A program made the translations under genes and the position numbers. Shown here piece by piece: positions 25,501-37,917 of a stretch of 64,000 nucleotides of DNA. Source of the stretch: Haliotis rufescens. Lineage: Eukaryota. The notes beneath the pieces were generated by a model, which saw only the letters and a program-made list of their open reading frames with translations, ran no database searches and was not told the DNA's origin. The stretch's first letter is position 1; the number at the start of each line of letters is the position of its first letter. The DNA lies in the NCBI RefSeq assembly GCF_023055435.1, contig NW_025963957.1, positions 5,022,001 through 5,086,000 of the forward strand, written 5' to 3'.

Positions 25501-28500
25501 GGACAAGCGTTTGTTCAATACTTTCTCGGCTGCACATGCCTTCACTCGTCAATACATACGGATGCGTAGATTTTTCGATCCCTTGTGTGTAAACTCAGAG
25601 ATGCCTAAGTGTAGTCATAGCGATTGAGTCTTCCAGGTTTTTCTGCGTCCACATCAAGTTCTGAATATTTCAGATTTTAGTTGGACAGAAGAATGGAGTG
25701 ATTCGGATTTTCAGTCTAACGAACCAGCAACCAATCATGAGTCTAAGTTGTGGTCAGGTGCCCTCGCTGGCTGCCGATTGGTCAAGACACAGCAGTCTTC
25801 AGGTGGGGGCCATTGCAGGGACAGACTGGCTCATCTTTGATACATCAGTCTCCAGGTGAGTTGTCTCTACCTGCAGTTTGTTGCCATGGTTACAGTCAGA
25901 TATACCATGAAACAAAATGCTAAGTGATTACATAATATGATTAGAAAGAGCCTAACTTGAACAGCCAAGTAAGATAATCACACACGACACACACATCACA
26001 CATGACATCACACACGTCACACACGACACTGGTTGATAGGAACAACCTCTGTAAGTCTGTCCTATTAGAACATCTTGGAGTCTCTATGTGTGGTGTATTG
26101 GGTTAACTAGGGGTACATGTGGTGTATTGGGTTATCTAGGGGTACATGTGGTGTATTGGGTTAACTAGTTGTATATGTGGAGTATTGGGTTAACTAGGGG
26201 TATATTAGGGGTATTGGGTTAACTAGGGGTATATTAGGGGTATTGGGTTAACTAGGGGTATATTAGGAGTATTGGGTTAACTAGGGGTATATTAGGGGTA
26301 TTGGGTTAACTAGGGGTATATTAGGAGTATTGGGTTAACTAGGGGTATATTAGGGGTATTGGGTTAACTAGGGGTATATTAGGGGTATTGGGTTAACTAG
26401 GGGTATATTAGGAGTATTGGGTTAACTAGGGGTATATTAGGAGTATTGGGTTAACTAGGGGTATATTAGGAGTATTGGGTTAACTAGGGGTATATTAGGA
26501 GTATTGGGTTAACTAAGGGGTATATTAGGAGTATTGGGTTAACTAGGGTATATTAGGAGTATTGGGTTAACTAGGGGTATTGGGTTAACTAAGGGGTATA
26601 TTAGGAGTATTGGGTTAACTAAGGGGTATATTAGGAGTATTGGGTTAACTAGGGGTATTGGGTTAACAAGGGGTATATGTGGAGTATTGGGTTAACTTGT
26701 TGTAGACCGCCTCCGTGGTCTAGTGGAAGAGTGTTCCCCCGGAGAGCGGAAGGTCCGGGGTTCGATTCCCGGCCGCGTTATACCAAAAGACGTTAAAAGA
26801 TGGTACTTGTTACCCTGTCAGGCGCTCAGCATTAAGGGGCTAAAACAAGGACTGGTCGGCTCGGAGTCAGTATACTGTGTCTGAGTGGGGTATTCTTGTT
26901 AAACTGCGGCATGGTATCTCAGTGAGCTAGCACTATAAATCGGCATTAGTCCGGACTAGTACAAGCACCCTCACACATACATACATGTGCATGCACGTCG
27001 CTATATAAGTGCAATAATCTTGGACGCGACGTTAAACCCCATTTCACCTCACCTCACCTAACTAGTTGTATATGTGGGGTATTGGGTTAACTAGTTGTAT
27101 ATGTGGTGTATTGGGTTAACTTGTTGTATATGTGGGGTATTGGGTTAACTAGTTGTATATGTTGGGTTTTGTGTTAACTAGGGTTATATGTTGGGTATTT
27201 GGTCAACTAGGGGTATATGTGGAGTATTGGGTTAACTAGGGGTATGTGTTTGGTATTTGGTTAACTAGGGGTATATGTTGAGTATTGGGTTAACTAGGGG
27301 TATGTGTTTGGTATTTGGTTAACCAGGGGTAAATGTGGTGTATTGTGTTAACTAGGGGTATATGTGGAGTATTTGGTGAAATGGGGGTATATGTGGAGTA
27401 TTGGGTTAACTAGGGGTATATGTTGGGTATTAGGTCAACTAGGGTATATGTGGAGTATTGGGTTAACTAGGGGTATGTGTTTGGTATTTGGTTAACTAGG
27501 GGTAAATGTGGTGTATTGTGTTAACTAGGGGTATATGTGGAGTATTGGGTGAAATGGGGGTATATGTGGAGTATTGGGTTAACTAGGGGTATATGTTGGG
27601 TATTAGGTCAACTAGGGTATATGTGGAGTATTGGGTTAACTAGGGGTATGTGTTTGGTATTAGGTTAACTAGGGTTTTATGTGGGGTATTGGGTTAACTG
27701 AGGGTATATGTGGGGTATTTCGTTATGTAGGGGTAGATGTGAGGTATTGGGTTAACTAGGGGTATATGTTGGGTATTGGGTCAACTAGGGGTATATGTGG
27801 AGTATTGGGTTAACTAGGGGTAGATGTGGAGTATTGGGTTTAATAGGGGTATATGTGGAGTATTGGGTTAACTAGGGGTATATGTGGGGTATTGGGTTAA
27901 CTAGGGGTATATGTGGAGTATTGGGTTAACTGAGGGTATATTTGGGTATTGGGTTAACTAGGGGTTCATGTGGAGTATTGATTTAACTAGGGGTATATGT
28001 GGAGTATTGGGTTAAATGGGGGTATATGTGGGGTATTGGGTTAACTAGGGATATATGTTGGATTTTGTCTTGAGTTAACTCAATCTCATTAAAATCAGAT
28101 CTTAGTTCTCGCTGCCGCCAAACAAAGATCTGAGGACATCCCGTTACAGGTCACGTCAGAACGACCTTTCGCGAACTTTGACCAACCACTGAAATGACTA
28201 ACAAGAAGTCAACATCAGCCAATTAGAAAGCATCTTTCTTGAGGTTTACGGCACTCGTTTCAACTTGGCGACTTCCATTTCAGACTACGCTTGAAAGATA
28301 TGATGACACAGTTCTCAATTAAAATTTTGAAAACTGAACAAACGAACATTCCGGAATGTCTAATATATGGTTGAGATTGTATGGCAGTGCTTCCCACGTA
28401 CTGTGGATAGCCTTCTCCGTACAAATGTTTATCCCATGGAAGTGAGAGATAGACGATAATTTTGATGGAATCAGTCGTACGGGCCGTAACTGTCGTTCAG

Positions 28501-30489
28501 AATACCTCGTAAACAGTTTCGAGTTTGCATTATTAAAAAAGATGATCTGGTAAGCGACGCTTTGAATGGTCGGATGAAAGGTCGTTCTGACGTGACCTGT
28601 AATGGGATGTCCTCAGATCTTTGTTTAGCGATAGCGAGAACTAAGATCTGATTTTAATGAGATTGGAGTTAACTGGAGGTATTTTTGGGTTGTAGGGTCT
28701 TGGGTTAACCAGGGGTGTATGTTGGGTGTAGGGTCTTGGGTTAACTGGGGGTATATGTGGGGTGTAGGGTCTTGGGTTAACTAGGGGTATATGTGGGGTG
28801 TAGGGTCTTGGGTTAACTGGGGGTATATGTGGGGTGTAGGGTCTTGGGTTAACTAGGGGTATATGTGGAGTGTAGGGCATGGGTTAACTAGGGGTATATG
28901 TGGGGTGTAGGGTCTTGGGTTAACTAGGGGTGTATGTGGGGTGTAGGGTCTTGGGTTAACTAGGGGTGTATGTGGGGTGTAGGGTCTTGGGTTAACTAGG
29001 GGTATATGTGGGGTGTAGGGTCTTGGGTTAACTAGGGGTATATGTGGGGTGTAGAGTCTTGGGTTAACTGGGGGTATATGTGGGGTGTAGGGTCTTGGGT
29101 TAACTAGGGGTATATGTGGGGTGTAGGGTCTTGGGTTAACTAGGGGTGTATGTGGGGTGTAGGGTCTTGGGTTAAGTAGGGGTATATGTGGAGTGTAGGG
29201 GCATGGGTTAACTAGGGGTGTATGTGGAGTGCAGGGGCATGGGTTGACTAGGGGTGTATGTGGAGTGTAGGGGCATGGGTTAACTAGGGGTGTATGTGGA
29301 GTGTAGGGGCATGGGTTAACTAGGGGTGTATGTGGGGTGTAGGGTCTTGGGTTAACTAGGGGTGTATGTGGGGTGTAGGGTCTTGGGTTAACTAGGGGTA
29401 TATGTGGGGTGTAGAGTCTTGGGTTAACTAGGGGTATATGTGGGGTGTAGGGTCTTAGGTTAACTGGGGGTATATGTGGGGTGTGTGGTCTTGGGTTAAC
29501 TAGGGGTGTATGTGGGGTGTAGGGTTAACTAGGGGTATATGTTGGGTGTAGGGTGTTGTACAAGTGGTTCCAGTTCTGTTGCAGTCAACCCATTGAGAAG
29601 CGCCAGGCTCACATAGAGGGAACAAAGTACTTCAAGTTTGCTCGATGTCACCAGAGTCTCCTAGCAACCATTGGTCGTCCTGGGCGACAAGTCAAAGTCT
29701 TCAACACTCGACATCAACAGGTTTGTCAAGCTAATGTAAAACAAACCAGAAATACTCTTATTCCCTGGCAATAGTATCTTCTATTGAGTGCAAGACTACA
29801 ATAGCCACATCCGACTTTCCTAAAGATCCAGTGACACTGAATCAGGAACTGGTTATTAGATGCTCCTAGCTGACTGGTACTTAAGCCATCTCAGTAAGGG
29901 TATTATTTGTTTAATGCCACAGTCTGTAAATAACAAAGTCTATTGAAGCATCGGTCTGCACAACTGAGATACGATGACATGCATCAGCCAAGACAGCACG
30001 TCGGACCACCCAATCCTCGTATTGTTGAGGGGCAGTTGGGTAGCCTAGTGGGTAAAGCGTTAGCTTGTCACCCCAATGACCCGTGTTTGATTTCCGACAT
30101 GGGTACAATAGTTGAAGCCCATTTCTGGTGTCCCTTGCCGTGATATTGCTGGAATATTGCTAAAAGCGGCGTAAAACTATACTCTCACTCACTCTTATTG
30201 TTGAGTTTTCTGTGATGCAGATGACATGGGGATGCCACAAATTGTGCATCTAATTTGGGGGAATACTGTTTTACCAATTCCTATTTTGTTGAATGTTTAT
30301 GATAATGTTTTTATATTTGTGATATGTTGAATGTTTATTCAATATCTCATGTAGTGATGTTTCTGTTTGCAGCTCCATGTGAACGCCAGCCTGCAGGTGG
30401 CATACGGCCTGACCTGGCACCACACCCTGCCTATCATCGCCGTCGGGGGGGACAAGAAGGTGCATCTGTGGGTAGTGGAGTCTGCATGA
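19367..30489 (+). CDS. NUP37: Nucleoporin Nup37 (WD40), complete, 320 aa. Exons 19367-19510, 20442-20566, 21374-21446, 23047-23232, 25674-25855, 29585-29720, 30373-30489
   Basis: Seven GT-AG exons sum to 963 nt in frame from ATG to TGA. Recognisable NUP37 motifs: VEFSPFE, TCRFQEED, ALAWSP, GHNDFVN, STSDDLTCRIW, SPGMSVCWH, GLTWHHTLP...GGDKKVHLWVVE. Confidence 0.95.
20232..20464 (+). repeat. 44-bp minisatellite overlapping the NUP37 exon 2 acceptor
   Basis: atgtgatggttgtgtatatggcgacaacaggtggagtatgggtc, about 5 copies. Confidence 0.9.
20442..20566 (+). CDS. NUP37: NUP37 exon 2
   Basis: atgcag|EEDATVDG...ALAWSP...NI, AG|gtaac. Confidence 0.9.
20705..20864 (+). mobile_element. SINE family A
   Basis: Full length; TSD ctactgctc(a/g)cca. 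Confidence 0.9.
21374..21446 (+). CDS. NUP37: NUP37 exon 3
   Basis: ttgcag|(S)FVCAGEDYKLNLFHSD...EQ|gtgaga. Confidence 0.88.
21443..22380 (+). repeat. 98-99-bp minisatellite starting at the NUP37 exon 3 donor
   Basis: About 9 copies; each begins gcag|gt(t/g). Confidence 0.95.
23047..23232 (+). CDS. NUP37: NUP37 exon 4
   Basis: ttacag|TYCGHNDFVN...WHSEEPLK|gtaaga. Confidence 0.93.
23338..23784. mobile_element. Non-autonomous DNA transposon remnant (TIR cagagct...agctctg); second copy at 56394-56984
   Basis: Shared left end cagagct...taagctg(c/t)gtatttgcgtaaaatacc and right end in both copies. Confidence 0.65.
24705..25416. mobile_element. hAT-like MITE (TIR tagggctgggac, 8-bp TSD)
   Basis: TSD gtgtacac / gtgtgcac; gggtaccc subterminal motifs; contains a family-B SINE. 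Confidence 0.8.
24942..25217 (+). mobile_element. SINE family B (tRNA-Leu-like head), nested in a hAT-like MITE
   Basis: ggcccagtcgtctaaggcactgcg head; TSD tcagtcaacttca. Confidence 0.9.
25674..25855 (+). CDS. NUP37: NUP37 exon 5
   Basis: tttcag|ILVGQKNGVIRIF...GAIAGTDWLIFD|gtgagt. Confidence 0.92.
26705..27058 (+). mobile_element. tRNA-derived SINE, family C (MetaSINE-like body)
   Basis: A/B boxes; body ggactggtcggctcggagtcag...cagtgagctagcactataaa resembles the Meta-SINE domain as I recall it; (CACCT)n tail. Confidence 0.85.
28081..28665. mobile_element. MITE with about 90-bp TIRs and 9-bp TSD (Mutator-like)
   Basis: TIR caatctcattaaaatcagatcttagttctcgc... and its reverse complement; perfect TSD gagttaact; deleted relative at about 16002-16283. 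Confidence 0.88.
29585..29720 (+). CDS. NUP37: NUP37 exon 6
   Basis: ttgcag|(S)QPIEKRQAH...LATIGRPG...HQQ|gtttgt. Confidence 0.88.
30029..30195 (+). mobile_element. SINE family A
   Basis: Full length; TSD tattgttga. Confidence 0.9.
30373..30489 (+). CDS. NUP37: NUP37 exon 7 (last coding exon)
   Basis: ttgcag|LHVNASLQVAYGLTWHHTLP...VVESA*. Confidence 0.92.
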   Translation, partial: LHVNASLQVAYGLTWHHTLPIIAVGGDKKVHLWVVESA

Positions 30490-30806
30490 GGCCGTGACAC
30501 ACCATACACACAGACAGTACGATCACCAGGGTGACAGGGGGATGCAGCTTTATCAGGCGGATGCAAGTTACATCCATACCCATACTGATCGGGGAATCTC
30601 TCTTGTGGCATCCTGTGACAGAAGCAGGGGTTGACACGAGTGACTGATCCACGGCTCATTTCAGAATGGTGTTGACATGATTCGATTTGGAAGAAAACAT
30701 GTTGTCATTCCAGATTGTCACCCGTCTCTGGACAACATGCTGAAGGTCATGTCGGACTCTGACAGGGACTCTGTTGAGCCTCGACTCTCTGTGGACAGGC
30801 TTAGGA

Positions 30807-31248
30807 CATCTTCCCGAGACATGGAAGTTAACTGACTTGAAGTCAAGTTTCCACCCTTGCTGAACAAGGCTGGAACTTCTGGGCTCGATCAATGAGTAGT
30901 GTCCCTTCTATGTTCCCCATACTGACCAAAGATTGCTTTATGCACCCAGTCAAGAAGATCTTATCAATAATAAATATCCTTATTGTATTGAAACAGGTTT
31001 TACCTTGTGAAGTGCATCACCTGAGCACCTCGATTAAAAACAAGAAAAGATCTGACGCCCAACTGACAGTATACATGCTCTGCTAATTCTGCAATTGAAT
31101 TAATTCAGCATAGCAGTTGCCTGGAGTCAATATCACAACTTGATTTTGATTGGACTATGCATAGACTCGCTCGTCCAGACAAATTATTCCAGCCTAGTTT
31201 GGAAAGGGTAGAAACTTGACTTTTAAACTCCCTTGCCTTGGGAAGATG
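30807..31248. mobile_element. MITE family M2 (TIR catcttccc..., 9-bp TSD), in the probable NUP37 3' UTR
   Basis: TSD ggcttagga / ggcttggga. Confidence 0.82.
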
Positions 31249-31362
31249 GGCTTGGGAGGATTTTATGTATTGTGCCCCATTCTCATAACAGGCAACTGAG
31301 TAATCCTGAATATTGTATAAGAAGCTCCTCCCTCTGATGTCACCTACGTTGTATATAGCTGG

Positions 31363-31368
31363 AATAAA
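31363..31368 (+). terminator. Putative NUP37 polyadenylation signal
   Basis: AATAAA followed by a GT-rich element (gggttgttttgt) about 20 nt downstream. Confidence 0.4.
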
Positions 31369-32659
31369 GTTGGATTCTTATGACAAGGGTTGTTTTGTAA
31401 ATATGTGGAAGTGAGGTAGTTTCCACTTTTAGAAAAGTAAACATAGCAAGTGTTCAGTCTTTACTCTGTATCTTTAGGACAGAAAGGTGTAATTCTGGGG
31501 AAAGCATGTTTATCGTACAAACCAAGACAGTTTCATAGATCAGGCCTACCAAAAGAATACTACCGGTAATATGTGCTCAAAAACACAGAAATGTGTATGC
31601 TATTTGTCTATTTTGCAAACTAAGTAGGTTTTAGTGTGCAAAGTCTACTTATATTTCAGCTGGTCAATATTTTGTGCAAAATAGCTTACACCCCTCTGTT
31701 TTTGAACACAAAGTGTTTTTTTTTAAGTAGGCCTGATATGTGATAAAACACAATTAACACTGTTTGCTTGAATTGTGATCTGTTTTGGACACGCTGATAA
31801 TACTTTTACTGGTGCTTGAGGCATTCACAGTCAAGTACTCTAAAAACATCAAGTTCTATTTAATGACTGTAGAAAATGTATGTATTTTACTATACAGCTA
31901 CATTTCAATGTATGGTGGATTTTAATATAATTTATATGTTTTAAGGAGTGTCTCAAAGGCCTTGATCAGATTGAAGATCATGCAGATTTGCAAAGCATGT
32001 GCTCTGCCAACTCGTTGTCAGCAGATATTTTCCATGTTTTTAATCAAGGTGCTCAAGTGATTTGATGTATTTCCAATGTAAGACCCTTTTTATCACAATA
32101 AGATCTTGATTATTGATCAGATAGTCCTGACCGGGCACCGCCATTTTGTTGGAATCTGATTGGTCCATAGGAGAGGCTTAGAAGGGACATAACTGGTAAT
32201 AGCCACTTGTGTCGATACGATTGAGCCCAGTAATTCCAGCCTAGTTTTGCAAGGGTGAAAACTGGACTTTTATAGTCAGTTAACAGGTTGACTATTCTCA
32301 AATTGTACTCTTATTCTAATATCCATAACCAACATGTGAATAAAGAACAAACACGCTTCTTAGCGATATATAAAGTGTATCGAGCAAAGTGTACAGGCGA
32401 ATATGATCAATGTACAAATATATACACATATAGAATAACTGTGCATGATTTAATGATGATAAAATGTTGTAAACCTAAGTAAAGACATACAGTAGAGATA
32501 TATTTGTAATAAATACACCATTAAACAATGTAATATATTCACAGGTATGTTTCTGGTATGTGTAACATGTAATGATATGAAAATTCATCACTAACTTGAT
32601 ATTCATGGCTGTTTACGCAGTGTCAAAAGTGCAATGCTGACACAAAACATTTCAGCTGG

Positions 32660-33650
32660 TCCACAGCAGGCTTGTCGTGTGACCTACCACAGTACACGGC
32701 AGGCTAGTCTTGTGACACTTCTTTACACAGCCAGCTGTTATCATGCTACACAACTGGCTAGTCATAGAATGCATCATACTACACAGCATGCCAGTAATGT
32801 GATCCACCATCACACACAGAAGGCTAGTAATTGGGTGCACCTTTTTACACACGCTAGTCATGTGATGCACTATGCTACACAGAAGGCTAGTTATGCGACG
32901 TACCGTGCCATACAGCAGACTAGTCATGTGATACATCATGGCTAGACAGAAGGCTAGTCATGTGATGCACCATGGCTACACAGAAGGCTAGTCATGTGAT
33001 ACACCATGGCTAGACAGAAGGCTAGTCATGTGATACACCATGGCTAGACAGAAGGCTAGTCATGTGATGCACTATGCTACACTATGCTAGTCATATGATG
33101 CACCATGCTACACCCAAGGTGAGTCATGTGATGCACTATGCTAGTCATGTGATGCACTATGCTAGTCATGTGATACACCATGGCTAGACAGAAGGCTAGT
33201 TATGCGACGTACCGAATGATATACAGGCTAGTCATGTGATGCACCATGCTACACAGAAGGCTAGTCATGTGATGCACCATGCTACACAGAAGGCTAGTCA
33301 TGGGATGCACAATGCTACACAGGGTAGTCACGTGATGCACTATGCTAAACAGAAGGTTAGTCATGTGATGTACCATGACACAGCAGACTAGTCTTGTGAT
33401 GCACCATGCTACACAGAAGGCTAGTCATGTGATGCACAATGCTACACAGAAGGCTAGTCATGTGATGCACAATGCTACACAGGGTAGTCACGTGATGCAC
33501 TATGCTACACAGAAGGCTAGTCATGTGATGCACCATGCTACACAGAAGGCTAGTCATGTGATGCACCATGCTACACAGAAGGCTAGTCATGTGATGCACA
33601 ATGCTACAAAGGCTAGTCACGTGATGCACCATGCTACACAGAAGGCTAGC
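32660..33650. repeat. About 33-bp minisatellite (ggctagtcatgtgatgcaccatgctacacagaa)
   Basis: Seen directly; degenerate at the left end. Confidence 0.93.
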
Positions 33651-34615
33651 CATATAAAGTATTAAACCCACACAGCATCTAATCTACTTCTTACCATCAT
33701 TAACATTAACCTATATACAGTCCCAAGATGGAAAATGTTTTTCCCTATCAGCATCAGATCCGATTTCAGAAAGGAAATAAATTCATTCCAATTGTCACTC
33801 AGATCTTTCAAATAACAGTTCAATTTCCATCATGCTTAAAAAGGAGCAAGGAAATAGAGCAAATGTGTCAATAACAGGTCTTGAAAGCGAGATAATAGGA
33901 AAGTGGCAATGATGTGGGCTAGTCCATCGTACCCTGATGACTGACATTCTGTGAAAGGGCACAGCAACCTAGTGAATCTGTAACATAAACAACATCCCAC
34001 TCTCTCAACATTATTGAATGACACCACCACGGGCTGTGCTAAACAGCACAGCCAACAGCTTACGCAAAGTGACACAGCCCACATAAATGCTGATTGTCTG
34101 CCCACAGCACAGCATGTTAAATGACAGCACCCAGGAGGCCATGCTGGCATACAGCCGTACACTTAATGGAACAGCCCACATCATGGAATAATGGGTGACA
34201 TCACCCACAGAATGCTACCTTATATTTCATATCACTTCAAAATGTAATACCAGGTCAAAATATAATGCCCTGAACATTGTCACAGACCTTTATTTTAATA
34301 CAACAAGTCATGGCAGCAAGGAGGCCTACAAGTAATGCCAATGGGGAATTTTCACATACAAGAAGCAAACCTACATTCGTTGTGCCAACTACTGAAGGGA
34401 ATGACAGCGACGACCAGGTCTACTATGAACAATTAATACCTACCGGAGAGAATGGCATGCTACAAGCAATCCTACAAACAGTGCCTACAACAACAGGTGT
34501 GAGAATCACATACTACAATCACACCTGTCTTACAGCATACAGGGCTACAATCAATGCCGACTGTACAGTAGAAAAGTTTGCATTTAACAAGCTACATATA
34601 GTGCCTGCACAAATC

Positions 34616-35161
34616 CATCTTCCCGATGCAAGGGTGTTAACTGACTTTAAAAGTCAAGTTTCCACCCTTGCCGAACTAGGCTGGAATTCCTGGGCTCGAT
34701 TGTAGCACTACCAGTGGCTGTTACGAGTTATGTCCCTTCTTTGCCTCTCCTATGGACCAATCAGATTCCACCTCTTGTATCACTTGCATTTGCTTCACAC
34801 AAAACAGCAGCACCCAGTCAAGACAATCTGATCGATAATCAAGGTCTTTTTTGTGATAAAACGGGTCTTACATCGCAAAATGCATGAAATCCCGTGAGCA
34901 CCTTGATTAAAAACATGATAAGATTTGGAAAATATCTCTTGACAAAGAGTCGGCAGTGCACATGCTTTGCAAATCCTGCAATCGCCTGAAATCTGCATGA
35001 CAGCTTACGAGCCGATTTTCGATTTCGTCGCGTGATTTTGATTGGACTATGCATAGACTCGTTAGCCCAGCCAAAATGTAACTCCCTTATACCAGCCTAG
35101 TTTTGGCAAAGGTGGAAACTGGACTTTTATAGTCAGTTAACTCTCTTGCCTCGGGCAGATG
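34616..35161. mobile_element. MITE family M2
   Basis: About 65-bp TIRs; TSD gcacaaatc / acacaaatc; partial inverted copies at about 31970-32283 and 22433-22802. Confidence 0.85.
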
Positions 35162-35689
35162 ACACAAATCAAAGACCAGATCTTTGCTGAAAGGTCAGCA
35201 AACTCTAGTACTGTAAATACAAAGCTGAGCTGTACCGCTCTATAAATAGTATAAAGATGATTAAAGTGGATCTAAAATAAATTAGCATACAAAAAGAGAT
35301 GATAAAATATATGCTAAAAGCGTTAACATAGAATGATCTCCCTTGGAGATCCTCTCATCATGACCGATATGCCAGGAGTGTTGCAGTGTATGAAGCCTCT
35401 GTCATCCAGGATGCAGGAATGTTAGCCGAGGAATTAAGCTTGATGTGTATTCTATGAGAAGAATAAGCATGTACTTCATAAAATAATTTTCAAAATCAAC
35501 AAAATAAAATAGAAATGTACAAAACGATATACTATAAAGCATCCTTGGATATAACAGTAAATAATAACAATACATTTCATAGTTGCTGTCACTACATAAT
35601 GTATCGGTGAATTTTGATACATGGTGTGTTATTTAGAACACGTACAGGAATTACATCATGATTTGAAATGAGGTCATTTGACATCTGGA

Positions 35690-36667
35690 ATCCATCAGTA
35701 TGGAGATATCTCTCCATCCAGTGACAGACTTCTCTGTATCAAGGAACAGAGAAGTCTATCAAATGACAGAGGAGTCTCTCCATCCAGGAAGAGAGGAGAT
35801 TCTCCATCATCTGACAGAGGAGTTTCTTCATCAAGTGACAGAGGAAACTCTCCATCCAGGAACAGAGAAGTCTCTATCAAATGACAGAGGAGTCTCTCCA
35901 TACAGGAACAGAGAAGTCTCTCTATCAAATGAGAAGGAGTATCTCCATCCAGGAACAGAGAAGTCTCTCTATCAAATGATAAAGGAGTCTCTCCATACAG
36001 GAAGAGAGAAGTCTCTCTATCAAATGACAGAGGAGTCTCTCCATCCAGGAAGAGAGGAGTTTCTTCATCAAGTGACAGAGGAAACTCTCCATCCAGGAAC
36101 AGAGAAGTCTCTATCAAATGACAGAGGAGTCTCTCCATCCAGGAACAGAGAAGTCTCTCTTTTAAATGACGAAGGAGTCTCTCAATCCAGAAACAGAGAA
36201 GTCTTTCTATCAAATGACAGAGGAGTCTCTCCATCCAGGAACAGAGAAGTCTCTCTTTTAAATGACGAAGGAGTCTCTCCATCCAGGAACAGAGAAGTCT
36301 CTCTGTCAAATGACAGAGGAGTCTCTCCATCCAGGAACAGAGTAGTCTCTCTGTCAAATGACAGAGGAGTCTCTCCATCCAGGAACAGAGAAGTCTTTCT
36401 ATCAAATGACAGAGGAGTCTCTCCATCCAGGAACAGAGAAGTCTCTCTTTTAAATGACGAAAGAGTCTCTCAATCCAGAAACAGAGAAGTCTTTCTATCA
36501 AATGACAGAGGAGTCTCTCCATCCAGGAACAGAGAAGTCTCTCTTTTAAATGACGAAGGAGTCTCTCCATCCAGGAACAGAGAAGTCTCTCTGTCAAATG
36601 ACTGAGGAGTATCTCCATCCAGAAACAGAGACGTCTTTCTGTCAAATGACAGAGGAGTCTCTGCATC
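35690..36667. repeat. About 48-bp minisatellite (gacagaggagtctctccatccaggaacagagaagtctctctatcaaat)
   Basis: Seen directly. Confidence 0.94.
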
Positions 36668-37651
36668 AAGGGAGCCTGTACATACAGTCCCCGGCTGGGT
36701 ACAGAATATGTTTTTCCTTCAGCTTAGTTAAATGACAAGCATGTATATCAAACAGATTTGGCAGGTTAATAATGTAACATAGAGAAAGGATAATGCTGTG
36801 TGATATCAGGATTAGTGTTAATATCATTGTACACATCACATAGGCATATGACCCACAATGGAATGTTGAAAGTGGCCACCGGCATGATGCTTGGACATAT
36901 GTGATGTCCAGCTGGTCAGTCAGACCAGCACGCTTACAATAAAGCAGCTCTATCTAGGCAGCATCTCCAAGCGCTGGAGATATCACAGCACAAGCTTCAC
37001 ACCCAGGTTCCCACAGTGCTTGCGTCACAGTCTCCCAGCAGCAATGTACAGCACAGACATTTGTGAGCAGCAGATGCCACTCTCTCTTGTCTCATTTCAC
37101 GCATGTTAACATTCACACTACACAGGACATCGGATACCAACAGGACCCAGGCTATAGCTGGAAATGTAAGATAAAACTTGTACCAGTTGTCAAATGTGGA
37201 GAAGTAAATTACAACCATGTTGATAAGACCTCATGAGAGTCAACACAAGCTACATTACAACCATGTGTACACCATACCCTACTGGCACAAGGTATACTTG
37301 TTTACACAAGGTCTGCATGTCAGGCGAATATCTACATTGATCCTTTCTTTTCCTGTGGAGCTATAAATGAGAACGTCATTAGCCTGGAGAAGGCTCAGTG
37401 TTGAGCTATAACATTTCAACACTGCTGTTCTGCTCCATATGCATTAGTGTATACACTGAATGAGTAAGTAGGCAGTTCCGTCTGAATATAACAGACATAC
37501 ATTGTTTGTGTTGAGATCCTGATATGCTTTTGTCAGGCTCATGTCCGTTATGTCTGTGAACATTGGTCTGTGTATTCTCCGGAGTTCCTACTGTGCCTCA
37601 TGGCTACTGTCCCCTAGATATTGGATTACACTGGTGGGATGTTCCTCAAGC

Positions 37652-37917
37652 TCACACATTTGTTTCTGCCAGCAGTTTTTTGATGCGCTCAATCTCCACC
37701 TGTGTGTTGAGCCTCAGCTTTTTCTCCTCGTCCACCTCCATCATCAGCTCTCGGATCTTCTTTGTGGAAGAGGATTTGAAGCTTTCTACTTCCTGTTTGA
37801 GTCGGTCATAGTCTGCACGCATCTCAAGGTAGGTGCTTCGACTCACTGTGTTTGTTCGCAGGTCCCGCAGTTCTCGCTGCACCTCCTCCAGAATCTTGGA
37901 CACGGCAGCCCCACCTG
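37652..37917 (-). CDS. SH3KBP1: SH3KBP1-like last coding exon (coiled coil)
   Basis: tgtcag|cag| NAGNAG acceptor; coiled coil ending LLAETNV*. Confidence 0.9.

Larger units (their letters stand above)
26087..29553. repeat. G-rich minisatellite (29-bp unit, then 36-bp unit) interrupted by a SINE and a MITE
   Basis: ggggtatatgtggagtattgggttaacta, then ggggtatatgtggggtgtagggtcttgggttaacta. Confidence 0.96.

Noticed and set aside
28072-28080. TTAA target suggesting piggyBac or Kolobok for the 28-kb MITE
   Set aside because: The duplicated flank is the full 9-mer gagttaact, and the related copy near 16 kb ends at the same terminus without TTAA.
35695-36669. 324-aa and 301-aa repetitive ORFs
   Set aside because: Products of a 48-bp tandem repeat with no domain similarity.
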